DNA of 62,299 bases, counting the filler, from Nemertoderma westbladi (lineage: Eukaryota; Animalia; Xenacoelomorpha), in the NCBI GenBank assembly GCA_032718475.1. It is 3 parts of 3 records of this genome, joined end to end, with 100 filler letters (N's around TTAATTAATTAA, not from the genome) between each part and the next. Parts side by side here need not be neighbours in the genome. Positions count along the whole stretch, not along the records: positions 21,677 to 50,237 come from JAUCBJ010006022.1; positions 50,338 to 62,299 come from JAUCBJ010002993.1; 1 more part is not named here. One strand, written 5' to 3'. Positions 48,633-59,374 of this stretch are shown here, piece after piece. Each line of letters starts with the position of its first letter. Position 1 is the first letter of the stretch. Position numbers and translations under genes: made by a program. Below the pieces are notes generated by a model that saw nothing but the letters and a program-made list of their open reading frames with translations, had not been told where the DNA came from and did no database searches.

Positions 48633-48986
48633 AAGTTTACTACTGTCATTCCTCGGCTTGGAGCCTTGAGAATTCCTTCCAGCGTTAAATTACATAATTT
48701 TTGTAAAGAGCAGTTTACACTCTACAGGTCCCACGACAGAAAATTATTACAAGTTCAGTTCCGTATTTAGTTTCCTTGTAAAGAACCTGTTTATAGAGCT
48801 ATAAACTCTATATTGATTCCCTATTTAATGTCCAGCTTATGCGACATGATGTAATTTCTGCTGTTAGTAATGTTGAAAATGTGGAAAAAATTATATCATA
48901 AAATGTTTTAAATTATTGTGTGCTGTAAAGTACACTAGTAGGATTAGTTGGTTAATTAAAGTTACCTACACTGAAATTCTGTTTAG

Positions 48987-49144
48987 GATAAAACAGTCGA
49001 TGCACTGGGAGATCTGGAAACCCAGGACGCGTCCAGTCTGTTTCGTGTAACCATGGATACTAGAAATCGCTGGGAGATTTCTTTACAGACACTACATTGT
49101 TCGGCTGCGTACCTGGGTATTGATAAAGGTCGCATCTTGTTGAG
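48987..49144 (+). CDS. Beta-trefoil domain protein, exon 2
   Basis: tctgtttag|GAT...AG|gtaata; 158 nt, phase 0 to 2; DKTVDALG...LFRV...ISLQ...YLGIDKG. Confidence 0.7.
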
Positions 49145-49465
49145 GTAATATAGTAGAAGTGGATTCCGGAACCAAGTTCTATCAATTAATATTAGTACTA
49201 AATTTATCTATCTTGACTTGATTCATTGCATTTTTCATGATTTCTTTATGCCAAAATCCCCAACCTTTTGGTAAAACCGTCTATCGATATTGACCTTGTC
49301 CATTAAATATAGTGCATCACTGCACTAGGAAATTCAGTGAAAAATATTAAAAGAAATTTACGATAATAATTTCAATTAAAATTTATTTCATTATGTACCG
49401 TAATAACATAATTTTAATTCTTAAATAAGACATACATATAATTATCATTTTATATATTTTTCCAG

Positions 49466-49942
49466 ATCGAAATGCGACGAAATATGTCGATTTAGGTTTA
49501 GGTCGTCTCAACTCAATCGTCAGCTGGTTGTCATGGAAACAGTTCCCAACCAAAGGAATCCGAGTCGGCAATGCATTCGAGTTCAGCGGAACGGATTTAT
49601 TGTTAAAACCGAGTTGTCGAGATGGGATGACTCGATGGATGAGTTGAGTTCGTTCGAGGTTGAACTCGTGGGCCGCATGGATGGAGAACAATCGGATAAA
49701 TCGGGACTAACTGGGACAAACAGGATAAAGTTAAACAATGAAACTATAGTCTCCGCGGCGAATAATAATATCGGCATAGTAAATAAGTCCAGTCGTCTGG
49801 ATTCTACTGGAAGTCAGTTGGAGGGTGTCGGAGTAACCGAATGTGGAGTTTCAGACAATGAGAATCGCAATGAGACCATGCGTCGAGAAATGAAACGACT
49901 ATCATTTCGCCCGGGAGAAGTCATTGTAACAGATTCAGGAAG
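49466..49942 (+). CDS. Beta-trefoil domain protein, exon 3
   Basis: ttttccag| acceptor in phase 2 puts it in frame with ORF 49533..49946; ends AG|gtaagg (or stop at 49946). Confidence 0.7.
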
Positions 49943-50237
49943 GTAAGGTCTTTCATTTATAATACAATAACCTCTTGTATTGTTACTAACCTAACCCATT
50001 AATCCTAATATAGGCCAATATAAACTGTGGAATTCATTAAGGCAAGGCAATTAATACGTCAGTTCTTTGTGATGGATTTCGGTACTTTTGCAGTTTCCAG
50101 TTTCCGCCCCATATAAAAAAAAATAAAAAATTTTTTTTTTTTTACAATTTATCTTTGATTTACAGTGTGGCAAATATCATCTAGACACCATGTAAGCATA
50201 TTACAATACAATTTTTTGTTCTAGAACACTAGCTAAT

Positions 50238-50337
50238 NNNNNNNNNNNNNNNNNNNNNNNNNNNNNNNNNNNNNNNNNNNNTTAATTAATTAANNNNNNN
50301 NNNNNNNNNNNNNNNNNNNNNNNNNNNNNNNNNNNNN
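50238..50337. other. Assembly gap with artificial all-frame-stop linker
   Basis: 44 N + TTAATTAATTAA + 44 N. Confidence 0.98.
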
Positions 50338-50349
50338 TATATATATGTA

Positions 50350-50730
50350 TATATAGGTAATATGTTGCTACGCAAGTTTCGCAATTGCAACCGACCAGTT
50401 AAGCTTGCTTTATTCCGAGCCTATTGCACCCCCATATATTGCAACTCGCTCTGGGCTAAGCGTAGCTATTCTGACAGTGCACATAATAAGCTACGAGTAG
50501 CATACAATAATTGTGCTAGATTTCTATTTAAAATACTCCGTACAACTGATGGAGAATCCACTAATATTTCTCTTACATTTGGTCTACTGAATATACCTTT
50601 ATTCATTCACTTACGTTATAAATTGATTAAGAGTTTGTTCAGAATGGTTGACAATATTGATAATAGCATCCATCCTACGGGGTGTGTCTGTTACCTATCG
50701 CCAACATGGCGTTTCTCGTATACGTGAAAT
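50350..50730 (+). mobile_element. RTEX-like LINE 3' fragment
   Basis: LFRAYCTPIYCNSLW...KLRVAYNNC; homologous to 26150-26420. Confidence 0.75.
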
Positions 50731-50799
50731 GTTGTACTTAAATTACGTAACATAACAATAATTACTTTGTGCTAATTGTTAATATTTACTTATTATGAA

Positions 50800-51835
50800 A
50801 AATTAGTTCGAAAAACTACCTGGAACTTAACCCTAGCAAATGCTCTTTCCTTTGTACAAACGCTACGATAGATGACAAAAATCCCCTGGAACGGAAACTG
50901 AAATGTGAATCCATCAAATTTTCGGATAAAGAAATGTATTTGGGGTCGAACTTATGCTCTTCAGGAAAACTGACAGACATGTTTTACGAAGATCTAAAAC
51001 AGAGGCAAAAACACTTCATAAAATTTTTTACATTTTTACGGGAAACGCCCATGCCCCACTTAGGTAAAGGAGGAAGTTCTAGACGCATGCATCTCGAACG
51101 CTATTCTGTACAACTGCGAGGCCTGGGGTCATATCCCTTTACAGAAGCTCGAAACTAAGTACAGAAAGGTTCTCAAAACAATGTTGGGCGTTAAGTCTTC
51201 CACGCCAAATGAACTCATTTATATAGAATTAGGCAGACCTCTGATTTCTGATGTCATAAAAGCACGAACTGGATGGAATATTCATTAAAACTGTCCAGCA
51301 GAGTGATGATTCCATCAATTCCCCTTTGCATCACCCTCTCCAACTAAACACACCTTTCACAACACACTTAAAACTAGAATCAGACAACAACCACAAAGGC
51401 CTCCACAATGCATCATATCCACTTTGAGACAGTCTATCATGGACAAAGCAGCACAAGGCCGCAGTAAGAACATCACGTATCTCAAACTCAACCCATCACT
51501 AACCCGACCAAAAGCATACAACTGCATGTACTCCAACTCCGCTCTAAATGCTTACACCCGTATACGTACAAGTTCACATGATCTTGCAATTGAAACAGGC
51601 CGATTCATAAAACACCCCGCGACATGAGAGTTCTGTACATGTGGTGATGTAGAGGAAGAGTATCACGTTCTGGGTAGTTGTCACATTTACACAGATATCC
51701 GTTGTAAATTTATTTCGATAAACCATAATTTGTCACTTAGAAAATCCTAGAGCTACCCGGTGCACCATCTTACGTATCTCAGATCTTCCACCATCGTAAA
51801 ATCAAGCGGTCCTCAACCTCCACTCAGTTTTGATA
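50800..51835 (+). mobile_element. Decayed LINE 3' region with C-terminal CCHC (RTEX/Proto2-like)
   Basis: YLGS, LLYNCEAW, RTSSHDLAIETGR...CTCGDVEEEYHVLGSC. Confidence 0.7.
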
Positions 51836-51924
51836 GAATATTATTACTCATTAAACATTAATTAAAGATTACCACTTACCAATGCCCTTAATTCTTTGTT
51901 AACTTATAACCAATATGATTATTT

Positions 51925-52555
51925 TGTGTTTTGCTTATTATTTGTGTTAAGTTTTTTTCGTTATTTGTGTTATGTTTTGTTTATTATTTATGTTAAGTTT
52001 TGCTTATTATTTATGTTAAGTTTTTTTCGTTATTTGTGTTATGTTTTGTTGATTATTTATGTTAAGTTTTGCTTATTATTTATGTTAAGTTTTTTTCGTT
52101 ATTTGTGTTACGTTTTGTTTATTATTTATGTTAAGTTTTGCTTATTATTTATGTTAAGTTTTTTTCGTTATTTGTGTTATGTTTTGTTGATTATTTATGT
52201 TAAGTTTTGCTTATTATTTATGTTAAGTTTTTTTCGTTATTTGTGTTACGTTTTGTTTATTATTTATGTTAAGTTTTGTTTATTATTTATGTTAAGTTTT
52301 TTTCGTTATTTGTGTTACGTTTTGTTTATTATTTATGTTAAGTTTTGTTTATTATTTATGTTAAGTTTTTTTCGTTATTTGTGTTACGTTTTGTTTATTA
52401 TTTATGTTAAGTTTTGTTTATTATTTATGTTAAGTTTTTTTCGTTATTTGTGTTACGTTTTGTTTATTATTTATGTTAAGTTTTGCTTATTATTTATGTT
52501 AAGTTTTTTTCGTTATTTGTGTTATGTTTTGTTTGCTAATTGTGTTATGTTTTGT
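51925..52555. repeat. 69-bp T-rich tandem repeat, about 9 copies
   Basis: The unit gives the 23-aa periodicity of ORF 51896..52561. Confidence 0.95.
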
Positions 52556-52954
52556 TTGTAATTTCAACTACCATTTTGCTTGAGAACCAACCAACACTAT
52601 CACGACTCGAATTATTTATTGCACTCATTCTTTTGTTACCCGCTATTTTGTTCTGATTCTTTCATCATTTCGCGCTGTTGTCATTTTACCTACCTGATAT
52701 ACATTATTTACTTTACTTATACCATATATATATATATACTTTATTTATACCCTTTATATACTTTACTTATACCATATATATATTTACTTTATTTATAACT
52801 TTACTTAGACTCTATATACCATTTAATATTAACACTAGAAAGTTTCAATGACTAACCCCTATAATTCGTATTTTCTTTGGACTACATTTTTTGTAAATTA
52901 CAATTATATCTATTTATTGTATTGTGCTATATAATATATATCTTAGTCAATAAA

Positions 52955-52990
<36 letters not shown>

Positions 52991-53155
52991 GCTTCTCATG
53001 TACCCCATATTACTTAGACTCATCTACAGTGTTCATATATTTCTGTGTATATCTTACTTACTTGTTTTATGGGCCTCGGCCTGATTTATAGAATAAACCA
53101 ATAATAATAATATAAACACAATTGAGGTATTAATGGCAACTAGAGGCGAACTTAC

Positions 53156-53387
53156 GAGCCAATGGCGTTCCGGAGAATATTCCGATGCCGCGTGCGACTG
53201 TTACGTAACAGAAGGCCCGGTCGCCTTTACCGTAAGCCGCTCCGGTCAGTTGTTCCGTTATCACCTTGATCATGACGTGATAAACCCCGGCGCTGAGTCC
53301 GTAGGACAGACTGTAGGCGATTAGGCCTGAGTAGGCGACTTTCATCTGTATTAGAACTGTAGCTAACCCCGCAAAAAACGCCGCGCC
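53156..53387 (-). CDS. Internal exon of an MFS transporter (SLC16/monocarboxylate-transporter-like, TM9-11)
   Basis: ttccag|GGC acceptor, C|gtaagt donor; YSGLIAYSLSYGLSAG...EQLTG...RAFCYVTVARGIGIFSGTPLA. Confidence 0.65.
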
Positions 53388-53694
53388 CTGGAAATATACA
53401 AATAATTTGTCAGTTCGTCAATTAATATCTGTCTATTAATCCGAGTCTAAAATCTTATTTTATCTTGAAATTACGTTATATAAATCAATGTTTTTTGTAA
53501 TATTCTGCGCCTGGGTGAAACAGTCTTATTGTTGCGTTACTTGAAATTTTGCTGCCTTGCCTTCGCAGTTGTGTGATGCAGGGATTCTTATATGGTTGTA
53601 GGCCTACAGTAGTCCTACATATGATTTTTCTGTTAACTGGCATGTCAATAATTCAACTTCAATAGGTCACCCGCATATACAGCAGCCATGGGGT

Positions 53695-54035
53695 GACTAC
53701 AAAACAAAGACCCAAATAATAAAGACATGTACAAAACACATGTGTTGTTAACTTTCGTTTATTGTTTTGGTTCCCCCAACACGCCTCTTTAACCTGCTCC
53801 TTTACTAACCTGCTCCTTTAAATGTCAATGGGACCTAACGCTCTTTGGGACCTAACGCGACTTTACCTCTTTGTTTTGTACCGGTCTTTGTTTTGGCATT
53901 TAAATGAGCAAGTTAGTAAAGGAGCAGGTTACAGAGGCGTGTTGGGGGGGAACCAAAACAATAAACGAAAGTTAACACAAGCTAGAAAAATTATGTAGGT
54001 CTTTATAATTGGGTCTTTGGTCTTTGTTTTGTAGT
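53695..54035. mobile_element. Imperfect foldback MITE-like element
   Basis: 53695-53810 is the approximate reverse complement of 53912-54035. Confidence 0.65.
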
Positions 54036-54949
54036 TACACAGCCGCGCTGTTAGTTTGCGACGGAAATGTCCCTCTCTTAACCAAACAAACATCGCTGTT
54101 TTAAGATGTGGACTGTCAATATTTAGATTAATACAAATAGTCATAAAAGGAATGTGCATTACAAAAGAGTAGCAACATTATCAAGGTGGGGCGAACGAAA
54201 ACTAGCACATCTGTATTGTCCGTTTGCGGTACATGGTAGTGCACACTGTTCACGTTTACAAAGTAAAGTGAAATTGATCAGTGAATGTGTCAAACACGAA
54301 ACACAGGAGGCAACCCGAAGGTATCTCTCTTGGCAGTTACCTATATAAGGCAATCACGGCGCCACATTAAATCAAGGTTAAGGTTGAACACTACTATCTA
54401 TACAACCCTTTCTTTACTCCTCCAGTAGAAGCCAGGTTCCCATTATTGTACTTGTCTATCATTGGGACACTCAAGGGAGGTTTCGGTTGCAAAATTGAGT
54501 TTCTTTATTAACGCGCTCGCATTCAATCGTTTTGTATTTACAAATCACGGGCAGTTATGATAATGAAATGAGGACAATAAAAGCACTAATAAATAACATA
54601 ATATATTTCGATAACGTAGTAAAAATGTTGATAAAATAAGGGGAGGGGAAATGAATGAAACATTTACTTCGAGTGTATGTGGTTACAAATATCGGCTGAA
54701 ATAAAGTGTTATCAAAGTAAATGAAATGGGACGAATGAAAAGGCGTGCAAGCGAGCGGACGGGGAGCGAGCGAACGAGCGGACGCGGGAGCGAGCGAGCG
54801 GTAAAAAACAATTTGTGACAACCGGTGGAGAAAATAGGAAGACTGACGAAATTGCTCAGAATGAAGTATATAATGGTAAATTATTACATCGCGAGGTGAT
54901 AACAGGAGGTCAAGATGCTGAATGGAGGGGGTCAGGCCTAAAACATGAG

Positions 54950-57900
54950 GTTTGCATTGATGTAACACAACATGACGGGCATACTAGGGCTAACAAATTA
55001 GTAGATTCGACCAATAAATATGCAGAGATTCAATAATTCTGTTTGAGGTTGATGGGCGTTGTGAGGGGTTATTATTAATGATTATATAATATAATGTCAG
55101 TATATATCGAGAGGGGGGTGGTTACATGAGTGAACATGTGGCAGCCCGCTTTAACCTGGGGCCACTTACAGTACTTGATAATGTTAGTGGGACTGAGGGG
55201 GGGGGCTTGTTAAGTGAATGATAAGTGGAATCTCGCTGCAACCCGAGTCCACGTACTGTACAAAATGATCATGTTAGTAAGACAAGACTTGGGGGGTTTA
55301 TTATATGAATGAAATGTGGAATCCCGCTGTAACCCGAGTCCACGTACTGTACGAATGATTATGTTAGTAAGATGGATGGGTGTGTAGTACGTATTTTGAT
55401 AATTTAAATGGTCAGATTATATTGAGGGTGCCGCACCAAGTCAAGGAATTTTGTTAGTTTCTGCTATAGATAGACTGGTCAATCTACGGGAATGAAAGTC
55501 TAGTTTTTCGATATGTGTGTGTACAAATATGCAAACATGCGTACCTTTTGATTAAAATACCGGTGACAACAATGACATAATTTGGAGACGAAGTGAGTAT
55601 TACAATTTTGGGACAAAACGATAAATACATAACCGAGGCGAAAATAAGAGAGGGCAGGGTGTCACGTACTAGCACAATCAACTCACGTGTGGGTGGAGTT
55701 AGTAAGAAAGTGAAAGTAATTGAGAGGGTGAGGTCAAGTACTACCACAATCAACTCACGTGTGGAGTTAGTAAGAAAGTGAAAGTAATTGAGAGGGTGAG
55801 GTCAAGTACTACCACAATCAACTCACGTGTGGAGTTAGTAAGAAAGTGAAAGTAATTGAGAGGGTGAGGTCAAGTACTAGCACTAACAACTCGCGATCGG
55901 AGTTAGTAAGAAAGTGAAGTAATTAACACAGAGTGAGAGAGAGAGTGAGAGAGAGAGAGGGAGAGAGAAATCGATTAAAGGCGGGTAAAGCGAGTGAGGT
56001 AAAGTAAATCGAGTGATATAAAGTGAATGTTAAAGGAAATGTTAGAGCGTTGGTTGACACACCGCCCCTCTTGGCAGGGAGTGCCAAAAGGAGACATAGG
56101 AAAACCAACGCGATATAGATAGAGTGATAGGGTGTACAAGTCTACGTATAACCAATGAAATACTCAACCGCCACCATACTAAAGGGTTAATATCAACGAG
56201 TTAGTACGTGTGAGATATTGAGAGAGTTCCATGTTCGAGGCGAAACAATGTTACATCGAGTTTGTGTTCAATCGGAGTTCTTCAGTCCGTTTCCGTCGTC
56301 CTCAGGTGTACGTCCCCAATACGAGAGGATCTCATCGGGATCGGATCCCTCCAACAGACAAAGTTTACTAACGGGACGGAGGAGGTCAGACTTGTCGTAG
56401 GCGACGCGAACAGTGCGAACTCGTCCATCTTTACCGGGCCGAGTTTGCATTGATGTAACACAACATGACGGGCATACTAGGGCTAACAAATTAGTAGATT
56501 CGACCAATGAATGTGCAGAGATTCAATAATTCTGTTTGAGGTTGATGGGCGTTGTGAGGGGTTATTATTAATGATTATATAATATAATGTCAGTATATAT
56601 CGAGAGGGGGGTGGTTACATGAGTGAACATGTGGCAGCCCGCTTTAACCTGGGGCCACTTACAGTACTTGATAATGTTAGTGGGACTGAGGGGGGGGGCT
56701 TGTTAAGTGAATGATAAGTGGAATCTCGCTGCAACCCGAGTCCACGTACTGTACAAAATGATCATGTTAGTAAGACAAGACTTGGGGGGTTTATTATATG
56801 AATGAAATGTGGAATCCCGCTGTAACCCGAGTCCACGTACTGTACGAATGATTATGTTAGTAAGATGGATGGGTGTGTAGTACGTATTTTGATAATTTAA
56901 ATGGTCAGATTATATTGAGGGTGCCGCACCAAGTCAAGGAATTTTGTTAGTTTCTGCTATAGATAGACTGGTCAATCTACGGGAATGAAAGTCTAGTTTT
57001 TCGATATGTGTGTGTACAAATATGCAAACATGCGTACCTTTTGATTAAAATACCGGTGACAACAATGACATAATTTGGAGACGAAGTGAGTATTACAATT
57101 TTGGGACAAAACGATAAATACATAACCGAGGCGAAAATAAGAGAGGGCAGGGTGTCACGTACTAGCACAATCAACTCACGTGTGGGTGGAGTTAGTAAGA
57201 AAGTGAAAGTAATTGAGAGGGTGAGGTCAAGTACTACCACTAATCAACTCACGTGTGGAGTTAGTAAGAAAGTGAAAGTAATTGAGAGGGTGAGGTCAAG
57301 TACTACCACAATCAACTCACGTGTGGAGTTAGTAAGAAAGTGAAAGTAATTGAGAGGGTGAGGTCAAGTACTAGCACTAACAACTCGCGATCGGAGTTAG
57401 TAAGAAAGTGAAAGTAATTAACACAGAGTGAGAGAGAGAGTGAGAGAGAGAGAGAGAGAGAGAGAAATCGATTAAAGGCGGGTAAAGCGAGTGAGGTAAA
57501 GTAAATCGAGTGATATAAAGTGAATGTTAAAGGAAATGTTAGAGCGTTGGTTGACACACCGCCCCTCTTGGCAGGGAGTGCCAAAATGAGACATAGGAAA
57601 ACCAACGCGATATAGATAGTGAGAGGGTGTACAAGTCTACGTATAACCAAGGAAATACTCAACCGCCACCATACTAAAGGGTTAATATCAACAACGAGTT
57701 AGTACGTGTGAGATATTGAGAGAGTTCCATGTTCGAGGCGACGCGACATTGAATTTAAGTTCGAAACAATGTTACATCGAGTTTGTGTTCAATCGGAGTT
57801 CTTCAGTCCGTTTCCGTCGTCCTCAGGTGTACGTCCCCAATACGAGAGGATCTCATCGGGATCGGATCCCTCCAACAGACAAAGTTTACTAACGGGACGG

Positions 57901-57963
57901 AGGAGGTCAGACTTGTCGTAGGCGACGCGAACAGTGCGAACTCGTCCATCTTTACCGGGCCGA
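54950..57963. repeat. ~1.5-kb tandem duplication (54950-56442 and 56443-57963), each copy with 68-bp subrepeats and (GA)n
   Basis: Near-identical copies with small indels; junction ...ccgggccga|gtttgcattg. Confidence 0.92.
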
Positions 57964-58637
57964 ACCTCAGAAACTCGTCCGATTCTCCACGAGTTTCTAG
58001 GGAGTTTCTCATCTGTAATGATCACGACATCGTCCACCTTGAGGTTCCTCTGGGGCGCGGTCCACTTGGAACGTTTGTGGAGCGTAGGGATATATTCCCG
58101 AATCCATATGTCCCAGAAACGATCAGACAGGCCCTGTGCCTGTCGCCAGGATTTGCGGCCGAGCTCGTCTTTACGGTCAAACTTCCCTGGTGGGGATAGT
58201 TGGACAGGGTTCCTGAGGAGGAAGTGCCGAGGAGTAATCGGTTGGTCGGCGGTCGGATCGTCGGTAACCGGGGTCAGTGGACGCGAGTTGAGGATTCCTT
58301 CTACCTCGGCCAGCACTGTACGAAAAGTGTCCTCGTTGATACGGGTTGAGTCCTTGATGGTGGCGTATAGAGAGTCCTTAACGCTACGAATGAGGCGTTC
58401 CCATACTCCAGAGGTATGGGGGGCAAGCGGTGTCTGAAAATGCCAGGTGCAGTCCAATGTTCTCAAGTGTGAAGTCACTTTGTCTTGGTCAACTCGAGCG
58501 AGGGATTCTTTGAGCTCGGATTCGGCGCCGACAAAGTTCGTTCCGTTGTCGCAGTAGAGGTGCTGAGGGGTTCCCCTTGTGGCGATGAAACGTCGTAATG
58601 CGTTGATAAAACGGTCTGTTGAGAGGTCCTCTACCAT
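57789..58637 (-). CDS. BEL/Pao integrase C-terminal part (5'-truncated)
   Basis: DDE core and BEL-type C-terminal domain in an open 282-aa frame. Confidence 0.85.
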   Translation of the reverse strand: MVEDLSTDRFINALRRFIATRGTPQHLYCDNGTNFVGAESELKESLARVDQDKVTSHLRTLDCTWHFQTPLAPHTSGVWERLIRSVKDSLYATIKDSTRINEDTFRTVLAEVEGILNSRPLTPVTDDPTADQPITPRHFLLRNPVQLSPPGKFDRKDELGRKSWRQAQGLSDRFWDIWIREYIPTLHKRSKWTAPQRNLKVDDVVIITDEKLPRNSWRIGRVSEVRPGKDGRVRTVRVAYDKSDLLRPVSKLCLLEGSDPDEILSYWGRTPEDDGNGLKNSD

Positions 58638-59374
58638 ATCCAGTGCAATCGCCCTAGAATTAAAACAAATGAATATAATAGTAGTAATGGTTTACCCTAT
58701 TTCGGCGACAGTTTAGTCCAACTTCGCACCTTGCGTGTTAAGTAGGTCATTAATTAATTAATCAATTAATTAATTGGTCGATTAAACATTTAATTAATTG
58801 TTTAATCAATCGACTCGTATCAAATAATGTTGCCAAAGGCAATTTAATTTGATACAAATCAATCAGATAGGGACGCGAGATGAATAAATTGTACTATAAC
58901 AAACGAAATATACAACACAATATACAATACATTTGTATTATTTTTGCCATACAATAGGTAAAGGTAGAATGAAATAAAAAGACGCGGCAGAACCCAAAAC
59001 ATAAATATACCCTTTCACGAAAATAAAGTGGCCCCAGTTTGGTCCTAGCTCAGTCCCTCAATAATCTGCGGCTGCTCGGGCTCTTATTAACCGTAGCATG
59101 ACTAACCCAAACATCAATGCGTGAATGGGGCCTGCGTGAATGGGGCATGCGATAGAGCTTAAATTATTCAAACCTATAGCTTCGTTATTACATCAATTCA
59201 TCCAAGAAATTAGAATAAACATCTGGTATGGCAATAGTTTGCATTCTTTCGCATTGTATTGCGAAGCAGTCCACGCGCGTCTAACCGCACATAATTAAAT
59301 AAGGCCCTCATTTAATACATAAGTTATATACAGTTTATCTTAAATTTATTGAATTTGTTTTTATTTACAACCCT

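Larger units (their letters stand above)
54814..58678 (-). mobile_element. BEL/Pao LTR retrotransposon, 3' part (integrase, PPT, 3' LTR) with an internal tandem duplication
   Basis: IFICFNSRAIALDMVEDLSTD...CDNGTNFVGA...GVWERLI...LNSRPL...W..GRV; PPT agaggggcgg followed by TGTG at 56061 and again near 57558. Left LTR boundary uncertain (54814 or further left). Confidence 0.8.

Noticed and set aside
48196-48669. Pro-rich extensin-like coding tail
   Set aside because: Follows a strong gtgagt donor; intronic low-complexity DNA.
51896-52561. 221-aa multi-TM protein ORF
   Set aside because: Artefact of a stop-free 69-bp T-rich repeat.
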